Shown: piece by piece, positions 12,245 through 24,900 of the stretch
Position numbering within the stretch: the stretch's first letter is position 1
Layout: each line of letters starts with the position of its first letter
DNA from: Rhizaria sp. SCN 62-66
Lineage: Eukaryota
Reading direction: 5' to 3'
Assembly (NCBI GenBank): GCA_001724265.1
Contig: MEDY01000105.1
Coordinates: 1-64,000, forward strand
Length of the DNA stretch: 64,000 bases
Notes under the pieces: model-generated
Told to the model about the DNA's origin: nothing
Seen by the model: the letters and a program-made list of their open reading frames with translations, nothing else
Database searches by the model: none
Position numbers and translations under genes: made by a program

Positions 12245-12930
12245 TGTCTGTGGAAATGACAAAAGAGCGACAAGACACGAAATACAGTGAGCAAGGAGCA
12301 TGGCGAGAGAGTGAGTTTGACAGGAGTCGTGTTGCACACAGTCTTCGACGACCGGTCGGGCGACATTAGAGACCGCCCAAAAGACCGTCAATGGCGCTAA
12401 AACTAATGTGAATAGCAAATTAAAAATAAAATTGTGACTGAAATCATTTCTGGGCCGCACATGCGCAACTCTGGCCCCGCACGAGCGCGGTTTTCGCTTT
12501 TGCCGGTAGGTCCCGCGGCCGAGTCTAAGGGCCCGCAGCCACGCTTAGCCGCCCAGCCGAGCGGTGGGAACGGTCACTGCTTTGGCCCTGTGCGTCGCGG
12601 CAGTTGCGTCTGCTGGGACACCTGCCTCCGTCTGATAGCATCATAATTATAATGTTAAATGCAGCGTAACGGGTCTTCTGGGGCATTTGAGCCGCATCAC
12701 TAACGGCGCTCATTTCACCTCGATTATCTTCTTTAAACCTCCCACTGGCTCACCGGACAGTTTTGACTGGTGGACCGCTCCGACACGGAATACCTCCGTT
12801 TCACACTGCTACCATCTTCAAACAGACAACATTGCATTTCTAACTTGCCTTTATTTTTGCCATTCCTCACTTTTGTTCTATAATTTGTGCTACCCAACTT
12901 TCTTCTCCTGTGCAGCCGACCTCCAACCTC
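12245..12930. promoter_or_regulatory. Shared upstream region of the divergent uS15m and midasin genes
   Basis: Head-to-head starts are 686 bp apart, with a GC-rich core flanked by pyrimidine-tract/AG sites facing each gene. Promoter function is inferred from position only. Confidence 0.5.
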
Positions 12931-15900
12931 ATGGATTTGCATCAGGTTGCCAAAGGTCTGCACGACCTCTTCATAGCCTTCCCGGCTCTGTTGAACGATG
13001 CCACAGTGCCCGTCGCCGACAAGGCGAAGGAACTTTACTCCACACATGACGTCCTGCAGGTTCTCGCCTTCCTGCAGATGCCTATCGTCCCCGCCACGCT
13101 CACTGCCGCCGCCGCCACCTCCGCCGCCTCCACAACGGCCGACGCGGCTTCGACGCTGCCTGCGGGCAAGCTGGGCCAGCAGAAGCGCCGCAACGCGCCC
13201 TCCACGTCCGACGCCGCGCCCACGAAGAAGCGTGCCTCCCCCGGCGCGCACGCGGGCGCCCACGACGACGACGACGACGACGGCGACGCGCGGGCTGACC
13301 CCGTCTCGGCGCTCTCGCCCGCCGTGCTCGCCGCGCTCGCCAGCGCCGCCGCCTCGGCCGCCTCGGGCTCCAGCTCGAGCAGCAAGGCAGGCGGCCGCGG
13401 CGCCTCGGCTGCGTCGGCGTCGCCGCTGTCGTCGCCGACGGCGATGGTGACCGCGCTGAGCGGCTTCGTCGCGCGCCTCTTCCTGGGCTCGGCGCTGGCG
13501 CCGCTGCCGTCGGCCACGCAGCGCGCCGCCGCGCTTGCTGCCGCGCTCGCCTTTGCGCCCATCCTCGCCCCGCTGCTTGCGCACTTCGCGCCCGCGCTGT
13601 CCTTTCAGCCCGCTTTCCCCCCGCGCGCCCACAAGGCCTCCGCTGCTGCGCCTGCCGCCGCGACTGCGCTGGCACCGACGCCCGCCGAGGCGCACAGCCT
13701 GTTAGCGACGCTCGAGGCGCTGACGGTGGCGGCCGCCGTGGTGCCCGCGGCGCTGCCCTCGGTGCTGCGCGCCGTCGCTGCGCTGCCCGTCCCGCTGCCC
13801 GCGCTCTCGGGCCTCGTCGTCCCGCTCGCCGCCGACCCTGGCAGCACCAACACCAAGTCAGAGTCCGCGTCCAGCGGCAGTGGCGGCGGCAAGGACGCCG
13901 CGGTGGCGGCGGCGGTGGCGACGCGCTTCGTGGCGCTGCTGCAGGACCTGCTGGCGCTGCACCCGGCCGCGCCCGCCGTGCTCGTCTCGCTCTCGCACGG
14001 GCTCTGGGCCCCGCTCGCCGCGCTCGTCGCCCCGCCGCCGACCGCCGCCGCGGCCTCTGCAGCCTCCGCGGCCGCCGCGGTCAAGGCGGAGCCCGCCGTG
14101 GCGGGGCTGGCGCGCGGCGGCCGCAGCCTGGGGCTGGGACTCGAGCTCACCGTCCACGGCCCCGCGCCGCCCCCGTCCGCCTCCGGCCTTGCCGCTGCTG
14201 CCGCGGCCGCCGCTGCGACGGCCTCGTCATCGGCGACGGCGGGGCTGGTGGCCACGGCGCTGTCGCCCGAATCGGTCGCGGCCGCGGCCCCCGTGCAGCC
14301 CTCGGCGCTGGCCCGCGCGCGCCGCCCAGTGGCTCTGCTGCCCGCCCGCGCGCGCGCCGCGCTGGTGACTGCGCTGGCTTCGGTCAGCCACCTCTCGCCG
14401 CACGACCGCGCCAAGCTCGCCAACTCCGTCGCCTTTGCCTACGCGGCCGCGGTCTCTCACAGTAATGCCCACAGTAGCACTGCTGCTGCGAGCGGCACGG
14501 CGGCCCCCGGCGACGCGCTGCGCGGATTTTCGCTCTCGGCGCTGTCTGCGCAGGCGCGCGCGGCGTCGTGGGTGCCGCTCGTGGGCCAGGCGCGCGCCAA
14601 CACGCTTGCGCTCGCGCTCGCGCTCGCTGCGCCCGCCCTGGCCTCCAGCGCCACGACCTCGGCCACTGCGGGCGAGAGCGAGGCCGAGGCCACCGCCGCC
14701 GCGGTCGCCGCGGGTGGCGCGCTGCCGCTGCCGACGCTCGCGCGCTGGCAGGACGCCGCGTGCGCGCGCCTCGCCCAGTCCTTCGCCTCCTCGCAGGACG
14801 ATGACGCGCCCGCAGCCGCGGCCGCCTCGAGCGCCGCCGCTGCCGCCGCCGCCGTGGCGGCGGGCGCGGTGAGCCCGGTGACGGGGACGTTCTTCGCGCT
14901 GCCGCCCGTCGCCGCGACGGCGACTGCGGTGCCCGGCGCCGCCTCGGCCGTCGCCGCTGTGTCCGTCTGCGGCGTCACCGTCCCCGTCCGCCCCGGCCGC
15001 GCCACCGCGAGCGCCGCCGCCTCGGAGTCGGCCGCCACCGCCAGCGCGCGCGAGTACGTTGCGATCGAGAGCTCTGCGGCCGCAGTGCGGTCCGTGGCGA
15101 TGGCGCTCAACGAGGCGCGGCCGATCCTGCTCGAAGGCCCCGCCGGGTGCGGCAAGTCGCTGCTGATCAACCACCTGGCGCGGCTGACGCGCAACGAGGA
15201 CTACCTGCGCATCTACATGGACGACCAGATGGACTCCAAGACGCTGCTGGGTACGCAGACGTGCACCGACATCCCCGGCGAGTTCGTGTGGCGGCCCGGA
15301 GCGCTGGCTCAGGCCATGACGCAAGGCCGCTGGGTCGTGCTCGAGGATGTGCACCGCGCGCAGTTCGAGGTGCTCGCATCGCTCATTCCGCTCTTCGAGA
15401 AGAACGTGCTGCTCATCCCCGGTCGCGCCGAGGTGCTCACGGCCGCGCCTGGCTTCCGCTTCCTGGCCACGTGGACCACGGGCGGCGCCTCACTCACGCC
15501 GGCCTTCCTGCGGCGGCACGCGACCGAGATGCGCCAGCGCGGCGACGCGGCGGGCGCCGAGGCCGCGGCCGCGCAGGCCGTGCTGGCCGCCAAGGCCGAT
15601 GCGCTGCCCGACGGCTCCGACTCTGACGACGACGGCGGCGACCAGATCGGCGCCGCCGCCGCCGCCACGGCCGCCAACGCCGCGCACGCCGCCGCCGAGG
15701 CCGCGCAGCGCAAGCGTCAGGAGGCCGCGCTGCTGGCCGCCGGTCTCGACGCCGCCGCGACCTCGGTTGGCGCGCTGACGCCGTACACGCCGCTGACCAC
15801 GACGCCCGCGGCCGCTCTGGCGCAGCTGGCGTCGCAGGCGTCGACGGCGACGTCGCCAGCTCACGTCCTGCTGCACCGGCTCTTCACGCGCGTGATCCTG

Positions 15901-18900
15901 CCGCCGCTGTCGGCTGACGACGTGGCCGCCATCCTCGCGCGCTCCTTCCCCTACCTGCGCGCGCTCGCGGGCGTCGTCCCCGCCGTGCTCAACACGGCCG
16001 CGCGCTTCGCCGCCCCCGCCACGGTGGCGCAGGGCTTCCTGGTGCAGGCGCAGGTGGACGCGCCCGCCGAGGGCACGGATGAGGCCGTGGCCGCTGACGT
16101 CGTGCAGCAGACGGCCGCGCTGCTCGCCTCGTCCTCCGCCGCGGCTTCGGCCTCGGCCGCCGCCGTCGCCGCCACCAAGGCGGCCGCGCTGGCCGTGACC
16201 TCGATGGCGGGCCCCTCGCCCTTCGGCGGCGCGTGCACCGTGTCGCTGCGCCGCGTGCTGTCGTTCGCGGACCGCGTGCAGCGCATTGTGCGCCTTGCGC
16301 AGGCGCTGCCCGTCGCGGGCGCCGCCGCCGCCGCCGCGCTCGCGCCTGACTCGCTGCAGCTGCAGCTCACGCAGGACCTCGCGCTCGACGTCGTCCGCGC
16401 CGCGCTCGACGTCTTCACGGCCGCCGCAGTCCCCACGGCCTCGGCGCACGCCCAGGCCAAGCGCCGCGCAGTGATCCTGGCCGCGGCGTCGCTGTGGCAG
16501 GTCCCGCGCGCCGGGCTTGAGGCCGCGCTGGCGCACAAGCCGACGGTGCTGGTGACCGACACCGAGGTGCGCGTGGGCCGCTACGGGCTGCCGCGCAACC
16601 GCGCGCAGTCGCTGGTGCAGCTGTCTGACCCGCGCGGCAGCAAGTTCTCGCTCACGCGCCACGCGCTCGTCAACATGGAGCGCTTCTACGCGGGCATCTG
16701 CTCCGAGGAGCCGCTGCTGCTGGTCGGCGAGACGGGCAACGGCAAGACGACCATCGTGCAGTACCTGGCCGCGCAGCTGGGGCAGACGCTGCACGTGCAC
16801 AACATGAACCAGCAGTCTGAGGCCTCAGACTTGCTCGGCGGCTTCAAGCCCGTGGAGCTGCGCGTCGCGTGCGTGCCGCTCATGAACGAGTTCGGACAGC
16901 TCTTCCCCAAGACATTCTCGCGCGTCTCGAACAAGACCTTCCTGACGCAGATCAAACAGGCCTTCGACGCCAAGAACTGGAAGCTCGTCGTCCACTGCTT
17001 CAAGCAGACGCTCAAGAACGTCCAGGCCAAGCTCCGCAGCTCCGCCTCCGCCTCTGCCGCCTCTGCTGCGGATGACTCCGCGGCCGCGACGAGCGACAAG
17101 GCGCCCGTGAGCGCGGCGCTGCAGGCGCGCTGGGTGTCGTTCGCGCGCGAGGTGCAGCTCTTCGAGCGCCGCCTGCAGCAGACATCATCCTTCGCCTTCT
17201 GGTTCGCCGAGGGCTCGCTGGTCAAGGCCATCCGCGACGGCCACTGGGTGCTGTTGGACGAGGTGAACCTGGCCTCGGCCGAGACGCTGGACCGCCTGGC
17301 CTCGTTGCTCGAGGACTCGGCGGGCTCGGTCACGCTGACCGAGCGCGGCGACATCGAGACGGTGCGCCGCCACCCGGGCTTCCGCCTTTTTGCGTGCATG
17401 AACCCGGCCACGGACGCGGGCAAGAAGGACCTCCCGGCGCACATCCGCGAGCGCTTCAACGAGATCTTCGTGACGGACATCGAGGACGAGCAAGACCTCG
17501 ACCTTATCGTCCGCGAGGCCCTCGCCGACGCCTCGGGCTCCCAGCACAACGCCGTCAACGTCGCCGCCATCGTGTCGTGGTTCCGCCACGTCAAGCTGCT
17601 GTGCCGCTCCGTGCTGCTTGACGGCGCCCAGCGCCACCCGCACTACTCGCCGCGCTCGCTCGTCCGCGCGCTGCGCTTCGCCAAGAAGCAGGCGCAATAC
17701 TACGGCACCCTGCGCGCGCTCTACGAAGGCATCTGCCTGTCGTTCGCGTCGCCGCTGCACCCCGACTCGCGCCTGCTGCTCGATTCGCTGCTGTGGCAGC
17801 ACATCTTCTGCCCCGCGTACCGCACCGCCATCGGCCAGCCTGGCACCGCGCCCGCGGCCCCCGCGCTGGGCTCGGTGCCGCCCGTGGCGACGCAGCAGCA
17901 GGACCAGCAGATGCTGCTTAAGTTCCTGTCCAACTACACGGCTGCGGCGCTGCGCCAGGCCGCCGAGCGCGGCTACATCGCCATGGGCCCCCATGCGCTT
18001 GCGCCGGGCCCGCTGCCGCCGCGCCCCGTGGACACGTACATCGTGACGCCCACGGTCGAGGCGCGTCTCGGCGACGTCGCGCGCGCGGTCGTGTCGCGTC
18101 TGCCCGTGCTGCTGCAGGGCCCGACCTCGGCCGGCAAGACGTCGCTCGTGACGTACCTGGCCGACGTGACGGGCAACAAGTGCGTGCGCATCAATAACCA
18201 CCTGCACACGGACGTGCAGGAGTACATAGGCTCTTACGTTACCGACGCTGACGGCAACCTCACGTTCCAGGAGGGTATCCTCGTCACGGCCGTGCGCAAC
18301 GGCTACTGGATCATCCTCGACGAGCTGAACCTCGCGCCCTCCGAGGTGCTCGAGTCGCTCAACCGTCTGCTGGACGACAACAACGAGATCTTCATTGCCG
18401 AGACGCAGGAGACGGTGCACGCGCACCCCAACTTCCTGCTCTTCGCGACGCAGAACCCGCCCGGGCTCTACGGCGGTCGTAAGGTGCTGTCGCGCGCCTT
18501 CACGAACCGGTTCGTGCAGCTGCACTGCGACGACCTGCCCGAGGACGAGCTCGTCACCATTCTCGAGCGCCGCTGCAAGATCCCTTCGTCGTACGCACAG
18601 AAGATGGTCGACATCATGCGCGATCTGCAGAAGAAGCGCCAGGCCGCGTCCTCGGGCGTCTTCGCGGGCAAGAAGTCGCTTCTCACGCCGCGTGACCTTT
18701 TCCGCTGGGCGGACCGCAAGCCGGCGTCGATGAAGGACCTGGCCGAGGACGGTTTCCTGCTCCTCGGCGAGCGTCTGCGCAACGAGGAGGCCAAGACGGC
18801 CGTGCGCGGCGTGCTCGAGGAGCACTGCAAGTGCACCATCGACCTGACCGACATCTACACGCGTCAGGCCGTGCCCGAGCTCGAGGGCAAGCGCGCGCCG

Positions 18901-21900
18901 CTGACGGCCGAGCAGGACGCCGCGCGCCGCGCCGCCGCCGCGCAGGCCGCGCGCGACGAGGCCACGGACAAGATGCTCCGCGGTGGCGGCAAGCAGATCC
19001 GCAAGCAGCGCGCGCTCGAGGCCAAGGCCCGCAAGGCCCGCGCCGGCGCCAACGCTGCCATGGCCGACGAGGACGACGACAACGCTGCCGAGGTCGCCGA
19101 GGCCGAGGCTTTTGCGGCCGCGGGCGAGGTGATGACCGCGGAGGAGCTCGCCATGGAGAAGGAGGTCCAGGAAGAGCTGTCCAAGATCGGCTCCGTCGCG
19201 TGGACCTTCTCGATGCGGCGCCTTTTCACGCTGGTGTACCGCTGCGTGGAGCACGACGAGCCTGTGCTGCTGGTCGGCGCCACGGGCGCGGGCAAAACCA
19301 CGGTGTGCCAGATCCTGGCGCTCGTGCTGCGCCGCAAGCTCACCATCATTAACTGCCACCAGCACACCGAGACGTCGGACTTCCTCGGCGGGCTGCGGCC
19401 CGTGCGCGGCAAGAGTGGCGCCGCCAGCGCGCTCATCACCGCCGTGTCCGCGCTCGCCGCGCCCGCCGCGGCGACGCAGCAGGCCGCCACGCTCGCGGCT
19501 GAGCTCATCGCCGCCGCGCTCGTCGAGGTCGCCGCCGCCGCGGCCGCCAGCCCGCCCGCGGCGTCGCCCGCGGACGCTCTCGCGCCGACTCCGTTCCCCA
19601 ATACGCCCAATCTCAACGCCGCCGCCGCTGCGGACGCCGACGCGAGTGACGCCGACGCGGCCGCGCTGGCTCAGCGCCTGGAGATGCAGGAGAAGCTGCT
19701 CAAGCCGCTCAAGAACGCGGCCGCCGCGCTCAAGGCGTTGCCCGCGGCGCCCGAGACTGCGGACGACGCCGCGGCTCAGCAGACGGCGTCTGACCTGGCG
19801 CGCTGGTTTGAGAAGGTGCGCACTGCCGTGGAGAAGGCTTCCAAGGCGCTGCGCACGGCCAGCAAGACGGCCACGGGCGACGCGCTCGCGGGCGGCGCCG
19901 GCGCAGACTCGCTCACCGCCGCACTCGCCGCAATGCACCTCTCCGCGACGCCCGCGGACGCCGTGGCGAGCGCGTTCGGCGCGCTCGAGACGGCGCTGGC
20001 AGCGCTGGCGCCCGGCGTGCCCGAGGCGCAGCCGCTGGTGCAGAAGTTCAACGCACTGTTCGAATGGAAGGACGGCGCGTTGGTGACGGCGATGAAGGAG
20101 GGCCACCTGCTGCTGCTGGACGAGATCTCGCTCGCCGACGACGCCGTTCTGGAGCGCCTCAACTCGGTGCTCGAGCCCTCGCGCACGCTGTTCCTGGCCG
20201 AGAAGGGCGGCGAGGCCGTCGAGTCCATCACGGCGCACCGCAACTTCGCCATCGTGGCCACCATGAACCCCGGTGGCGACTTCGGCAAGAAGGAGCTTTC
20301 GCCCGCGCTGCGCAACCGTTTCACCGAGATCTGGGTCCCGCACCTGGAGAACCGCGAGGACCTGATCGCGATCATCCGCGAGCGCTTCCTTATGCCGCTC
20401 TCGCCGCGCGGCCGCGCCTCGCAGAACTCGCACCTGCCCGCAGGCGACGCCGCGACCGCGGATCCCGCGCTGGCGGCCGTGATCGCCGCGCGCGAGGCGC
20501 AGTTGCCCGCGCTGGCCGAGGAGTTCTCCGCGCTGCTGCTCGACTTCATCGCCTACTTCAACGGGCTCAAGCTGCACCGCCGTCAATTTTCGCTCCGCGA
20601 CATCCTCGCCTGGGTGAGTCTCATGACACGCCTCTTCCTGCAGCCGCCCGTGACCGCGTCCGTGTCCGCGTCGGCCGCGCAGTTCGCCGACGCTGACCCC
20701 GCGGCCGCGCGTGCCGCGATGGAGCTGTGCTACGTGCACGCCGCGTCACTGGTCGTGCTTGACGGTCTCTCTGTCGGAGCTGCGGACGGCGACTCGCAGG
20801 CCTCGCTGGCCAAGGAGCAGGGCTGCATCGACTTCCTGCTCTCGCAGCTGCCCGAGGCCTCACGCCCGGCGCTGCTGGCCACGCTGACCTACGCCGACGT
20901 CAAGGTGCAGCGCCCGCTCACGCTGCCGCCGCCCTCCGCGGCCGCGGCCGAGGCCGGGCATCACGGCCACTTCGGCGTCGAGCCCTTCTTCATCCCGCGC
21001 GGCGCGCAGCCGGCCCCTGCGTCGCTGCCCTTTGCGGCCGACGCGCAGTCGACGGGCATCAACCTCGTCCGCGTGCTGCGTGCGCTGCAGCTGCCGCGCG
21101 CTGTGCTGCTCGAAGGCTCGCCTGGTGTCGGCAAGACGTCGCTCATCTCGGCGCTGGCCAAATTGGCGGGCCACCGCCTGGTGCGCGTGAACCTGTCCGA
21201 GCAGACGGACATGCTTGACCTGCTGGGCTCCGACCTCCCGGTGCCCGGCGGCGACGGCGGCCAGTTCACCTGGTGCGACGGCGTCTTCCTGCAGGCGCTC
21301 AAGGCCGGCGACTGGGTGCTGCTCGACGAGCTCAACCTCGCCTCACAGAGCGTGCTTGAGGGCCTTAACGCCGTGCTTGACCACCGTGCGCAGATCTACC
21401 TGCCCGAGCTCGACAAGACGTTCAACTGCCCGCCCACGTTCCGCCTCTTTGCCGCACAGAACCCCATGGCGCAGGGCGGTGGCCGCAAGGGCCTGCCGTC
21501 GTCGTTCCTGAACCGCTTCACCAAGGTGTGGCTGCACGCGATGACGACGCGCGACCTCTACGGCATCGCCACCAAGCTGTACCCCGACATCAAGCCCGAC
21601 TACATCTCGCTCATGATCGCCTTCAACGAGGCCGTGCACCGCGACACGATGGTGTCCCGCGCTTACGGCCGCCAGGGCGCGCCGTGGGAGTTCAACCTGC
21701 GTGACGTCTTCCGCTGGTGCGACCTCGTGCGCAACTCGGCCACCGACGCGGGCTGCATCCTCGACGCCTCGCAGCAGAGCAAGGCCGAATCCGCTTCTGT
21801 TGCCTGCGCCGATACCCCCGAGCACGGCGCCGCTGACAGTGCCAGCGCCACCGCCATGGTGCTGGCCGGCGCGCAGCCCTCGCTGGGCTCCGCGCTCGCG

Positions 21901-24900
21901 CTGGAGCACCCGGGCGCGTTCCTCGACCTCATCTACCTGCAGCGCATGCGCTCCGAGGGCGATCGCCGCGCGATGGCGGCCCGCTTCGCGCTTGTGTGCG
22001 CGCAGCTCAACGCCGCTCTGGCGCTCCGCCGCGCACGCGCCCAGCTCGCCGCCTCCCGCTCCGCGGGCGCCATGGCCGACTCGGACTCAGAGGACGCGCA
22101 GGCGCTCGAGCAGGAGGAGGCCGAGGAGAGCACGGACGCCGACGATGTGGGCGGCGACGAGGCGCTCGCGCTGCAGGAGCCAGTGCCCGAGTACGCGCCC
22201 GTGGACGCGACGCCCGAGGTGGAGCTCACCGACAAGGTCTTCCGCATCGGCGACGCCTGGCTCCCGCGCCTGCCTGCGCGCCTCGGCGCCACTGCGGGCG
22301 CGCTTGCCCCTACGGCCACTCACGCCAAGTCGGGCCCCGACGCGGACCCGGCGGCGTTCCTCTCAGTGCCCGGCGGCGGCGCGGACCCGGCCGCTGACTC
22401 GCTGCTGCTGCACCAGCAGCTGCGCCCGCTGCGCCACCTCGCGCGCTGCGTGTCGCGCGGCTGGCCCGTGATCCTGGCTGGCGACGCCGCCTCGGGCAAG
22501 ACCTCGCTCATCCGCCTGCTCGCGCGCGCCACCAACAACGAGCTGCATGAGATCGCGATGTCGTCCTCGGCCGACGCCACGGACCTGCTGGGCTGCTTCG
22601 AGCAGGTCGACTGGGACCGCCACCGCGCCGGAGTCATCCGCAGCGCCTCGCAGCTGCACTCCTTCGTGTCGACCTCGCTGCTCGTCGGGCTGCCCACCGC
22701 CGCGCCCGACGCGCGCGCGCTGCTCGTCGCCGCCGCGGGTGCTTGGGAGCGCTTCTCCACGCTCGAGGCTGCCGAGGCGCGCGTGCTCGCTGCCGCCGCC
22801 ACCGCTGCTGCTGGTGGCGCTGCCGCCGCCGTGCCCGCTGCCGGCAAGGACACGCTCGAGGCGCTTGCGCCCCAGGCCGCCCAGTCTGCCACGCCATGCT
22901 TTGGCGAGGACACCTACAGCGCGTTGCGTGGCTTCTTTGACGCCGCCGAGGCCGCCGTGGCCTTCGTCGAGTCGTCGCTGGTGGACGCGGCCGAGCAGGC
23001 ACGTCTGCGCGCGGGCTCGGCGCCGTCGTCGGCGCTGCACAGCCTGTCGCTGCCGAAGCATCTTCGCCCGCAGACGGTGCGCGCGACGGCCGCGACGTTC
23101 CAGCACAACACGACCAACGCGAAGCTGGCCGTCGGCCGCTTCGAGTGGATCGACGGCACACTGCTCAACGCGCTCGAGCGCGGCCACTGGCTCGTGCTCG
23201 ACAACGTCAACTTCTGCAACCCCACTGTGCTGGACCGTCTCAACGGTTTGCTCGAGCCCGGAGGCACGTTGCTCGTGTCCGAGTGTGGCCTCGTCGACGG
23301 CGAGCCGCGCATAGTGACGCCGCACCCCAACTTCCGCATCTTCCTCACGCTCGACCCGCAGTTCGGCGAGATCTCCCGCGCCATGCGCAACCGCTGCGTG
23401 GAGATCGTCTTTCCGCACTCGGTCGGCGCCGCGGACCTGCCGCTGACTGCGCACCGCGTCGCCGCGCACGCCGCGCTGCTGGCCAACACGGCCCGCGCGC
23501 CGCTGTCGCTGGCCTCGCGCGCCTTCTCCGCGCTGGGCCTCGCGCCCGCGCAACTGGCCGCCGCCGGGCTGGGCCGCAGCCCGCCACTGCCGGTCGACCC
23601 CGCCGCGCTCTTCTCGCTCTCGCACCCGCTCGGCATGCTCACCTTCGCCGAGCTCGCCTGCGCGCCCGCCGCGGCGCCGCTCACGCTCGCCGCCGCCGCC
23701 GTAGCGGGGGCCGCGCGCACCGCGGGCCCCACCGCTGCCGCGGGCGAGGTCGCGTCCCCCGACGCGCTCTTCACCGAGCTGCTTCACGCCTCGGCCACCG
23801 CGCGCGCCGTCGCCGAGCGCCGCCGCGCCACGGCCGCTGCGAACCGTGCCGCCGCCGCCGCCGCGTCCGCCGCCGCCCGCGCCCGCCAGGCCGCCTCGCG
23901 CGGCGGCGTGCTGTCGCTGCCCGCGCTGGCTTCTGCCGCCGCGGCCGCGCCCTCTGCCGCGCCGCTGTCGCTGGCGGCCGCGCTGGCGCCGTCAACGCTG
24001 CGCGATCTGACCGCGATGGTCGCCGCGCTGGGCGTGCCGGGCCACGCGCTCTGCTCGTTTTTTGCGCAGATGCACACGGCGATGCAGCTGCTCCCGCCGC
24101 TGCTCTCAGCGTCCTCCGCCGTCGCCAACGCCTACGCGTCCTCCGCCGTCAGCCTCTCGTCGCCCGTGCCCGCGTCGTCGTCCGCGCTGGGCTTTGCCGC
24201 GGGCGCCAACGGCGGCGCTGCCGGCGCGGGCGCGGGCCCCCGCCACCGCGTGTGGTCGATCCGCAACCTGGGCCGCTGGGCCGCGCTTACAGTCACGCTC
24301 GTGCAGCAGCAACGCACGGCGGCCGCGCTGGTGCCCGCCACGGGCGCGCGCCCCGCCCCCGTGGACGGCATGCAGCTGCTCTGGGACTCGTTCTTCCACG
24401 CCTACACGCTCAACCGCTTCCGCGGCCACCCGCTCGTGCGCCAGTTCGCGCCCCGCGCCTTTACCGCGCTCGCCGCCAACACGCTCTTCGCGCTGGCGCC
24501 CGCGCTGGCGCCCGTCGTCGCGCCGCTGCCCGCGCCGCTGCCCGCGCTGATGCCGCCCGCGGCGCTGGCGCAGCAGCAGGTCGACCTGTCGTTGCTGTCG
24601 CCCTCGCTCTACCCCAGCGACTCGGCCGCTGCCGCGTTGCGGTCGTCCTCGGCGCCGCCCGCCGCGGCCGCCGCGCTGCGCGACCTGGCGACGCTCGAGC
24701 ACTGCGCGTTGGCCGCCATCGCGCGCTTCCCGCTGCCGCCTGCCGAAGGCCCCGCGGCTTCGGTGGCCGTCGCGCTCGTGCGGCTGCTTGCGCTGCGCGA
24801 CCTCACCGAGGCCTGCGCCACCGCGGCCGCCTCCGCCGCCGGCGACGCGCCCATGCCCTCCGGCGTCAAGATGGAGGACGGCTCCGCGGCCTCGTCCGCC

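Noticed and set aside
12245-12460. N-terminal 72 aa of the track ORF 10913..12460
   Set aside because: AT-rich non-coding texture ending in a splice-acceptor-like site; the presequence-like protein starts at ATG 12244.
17185-20739. 1184-aa antisense ORF, plus many others (e.g. 33031..35268, 51429..53885, 8374..10107, 23145..25313)
   Set aside because: Shadow ORFs produced by very high GC3 in the real genes; no recognisable motifs.
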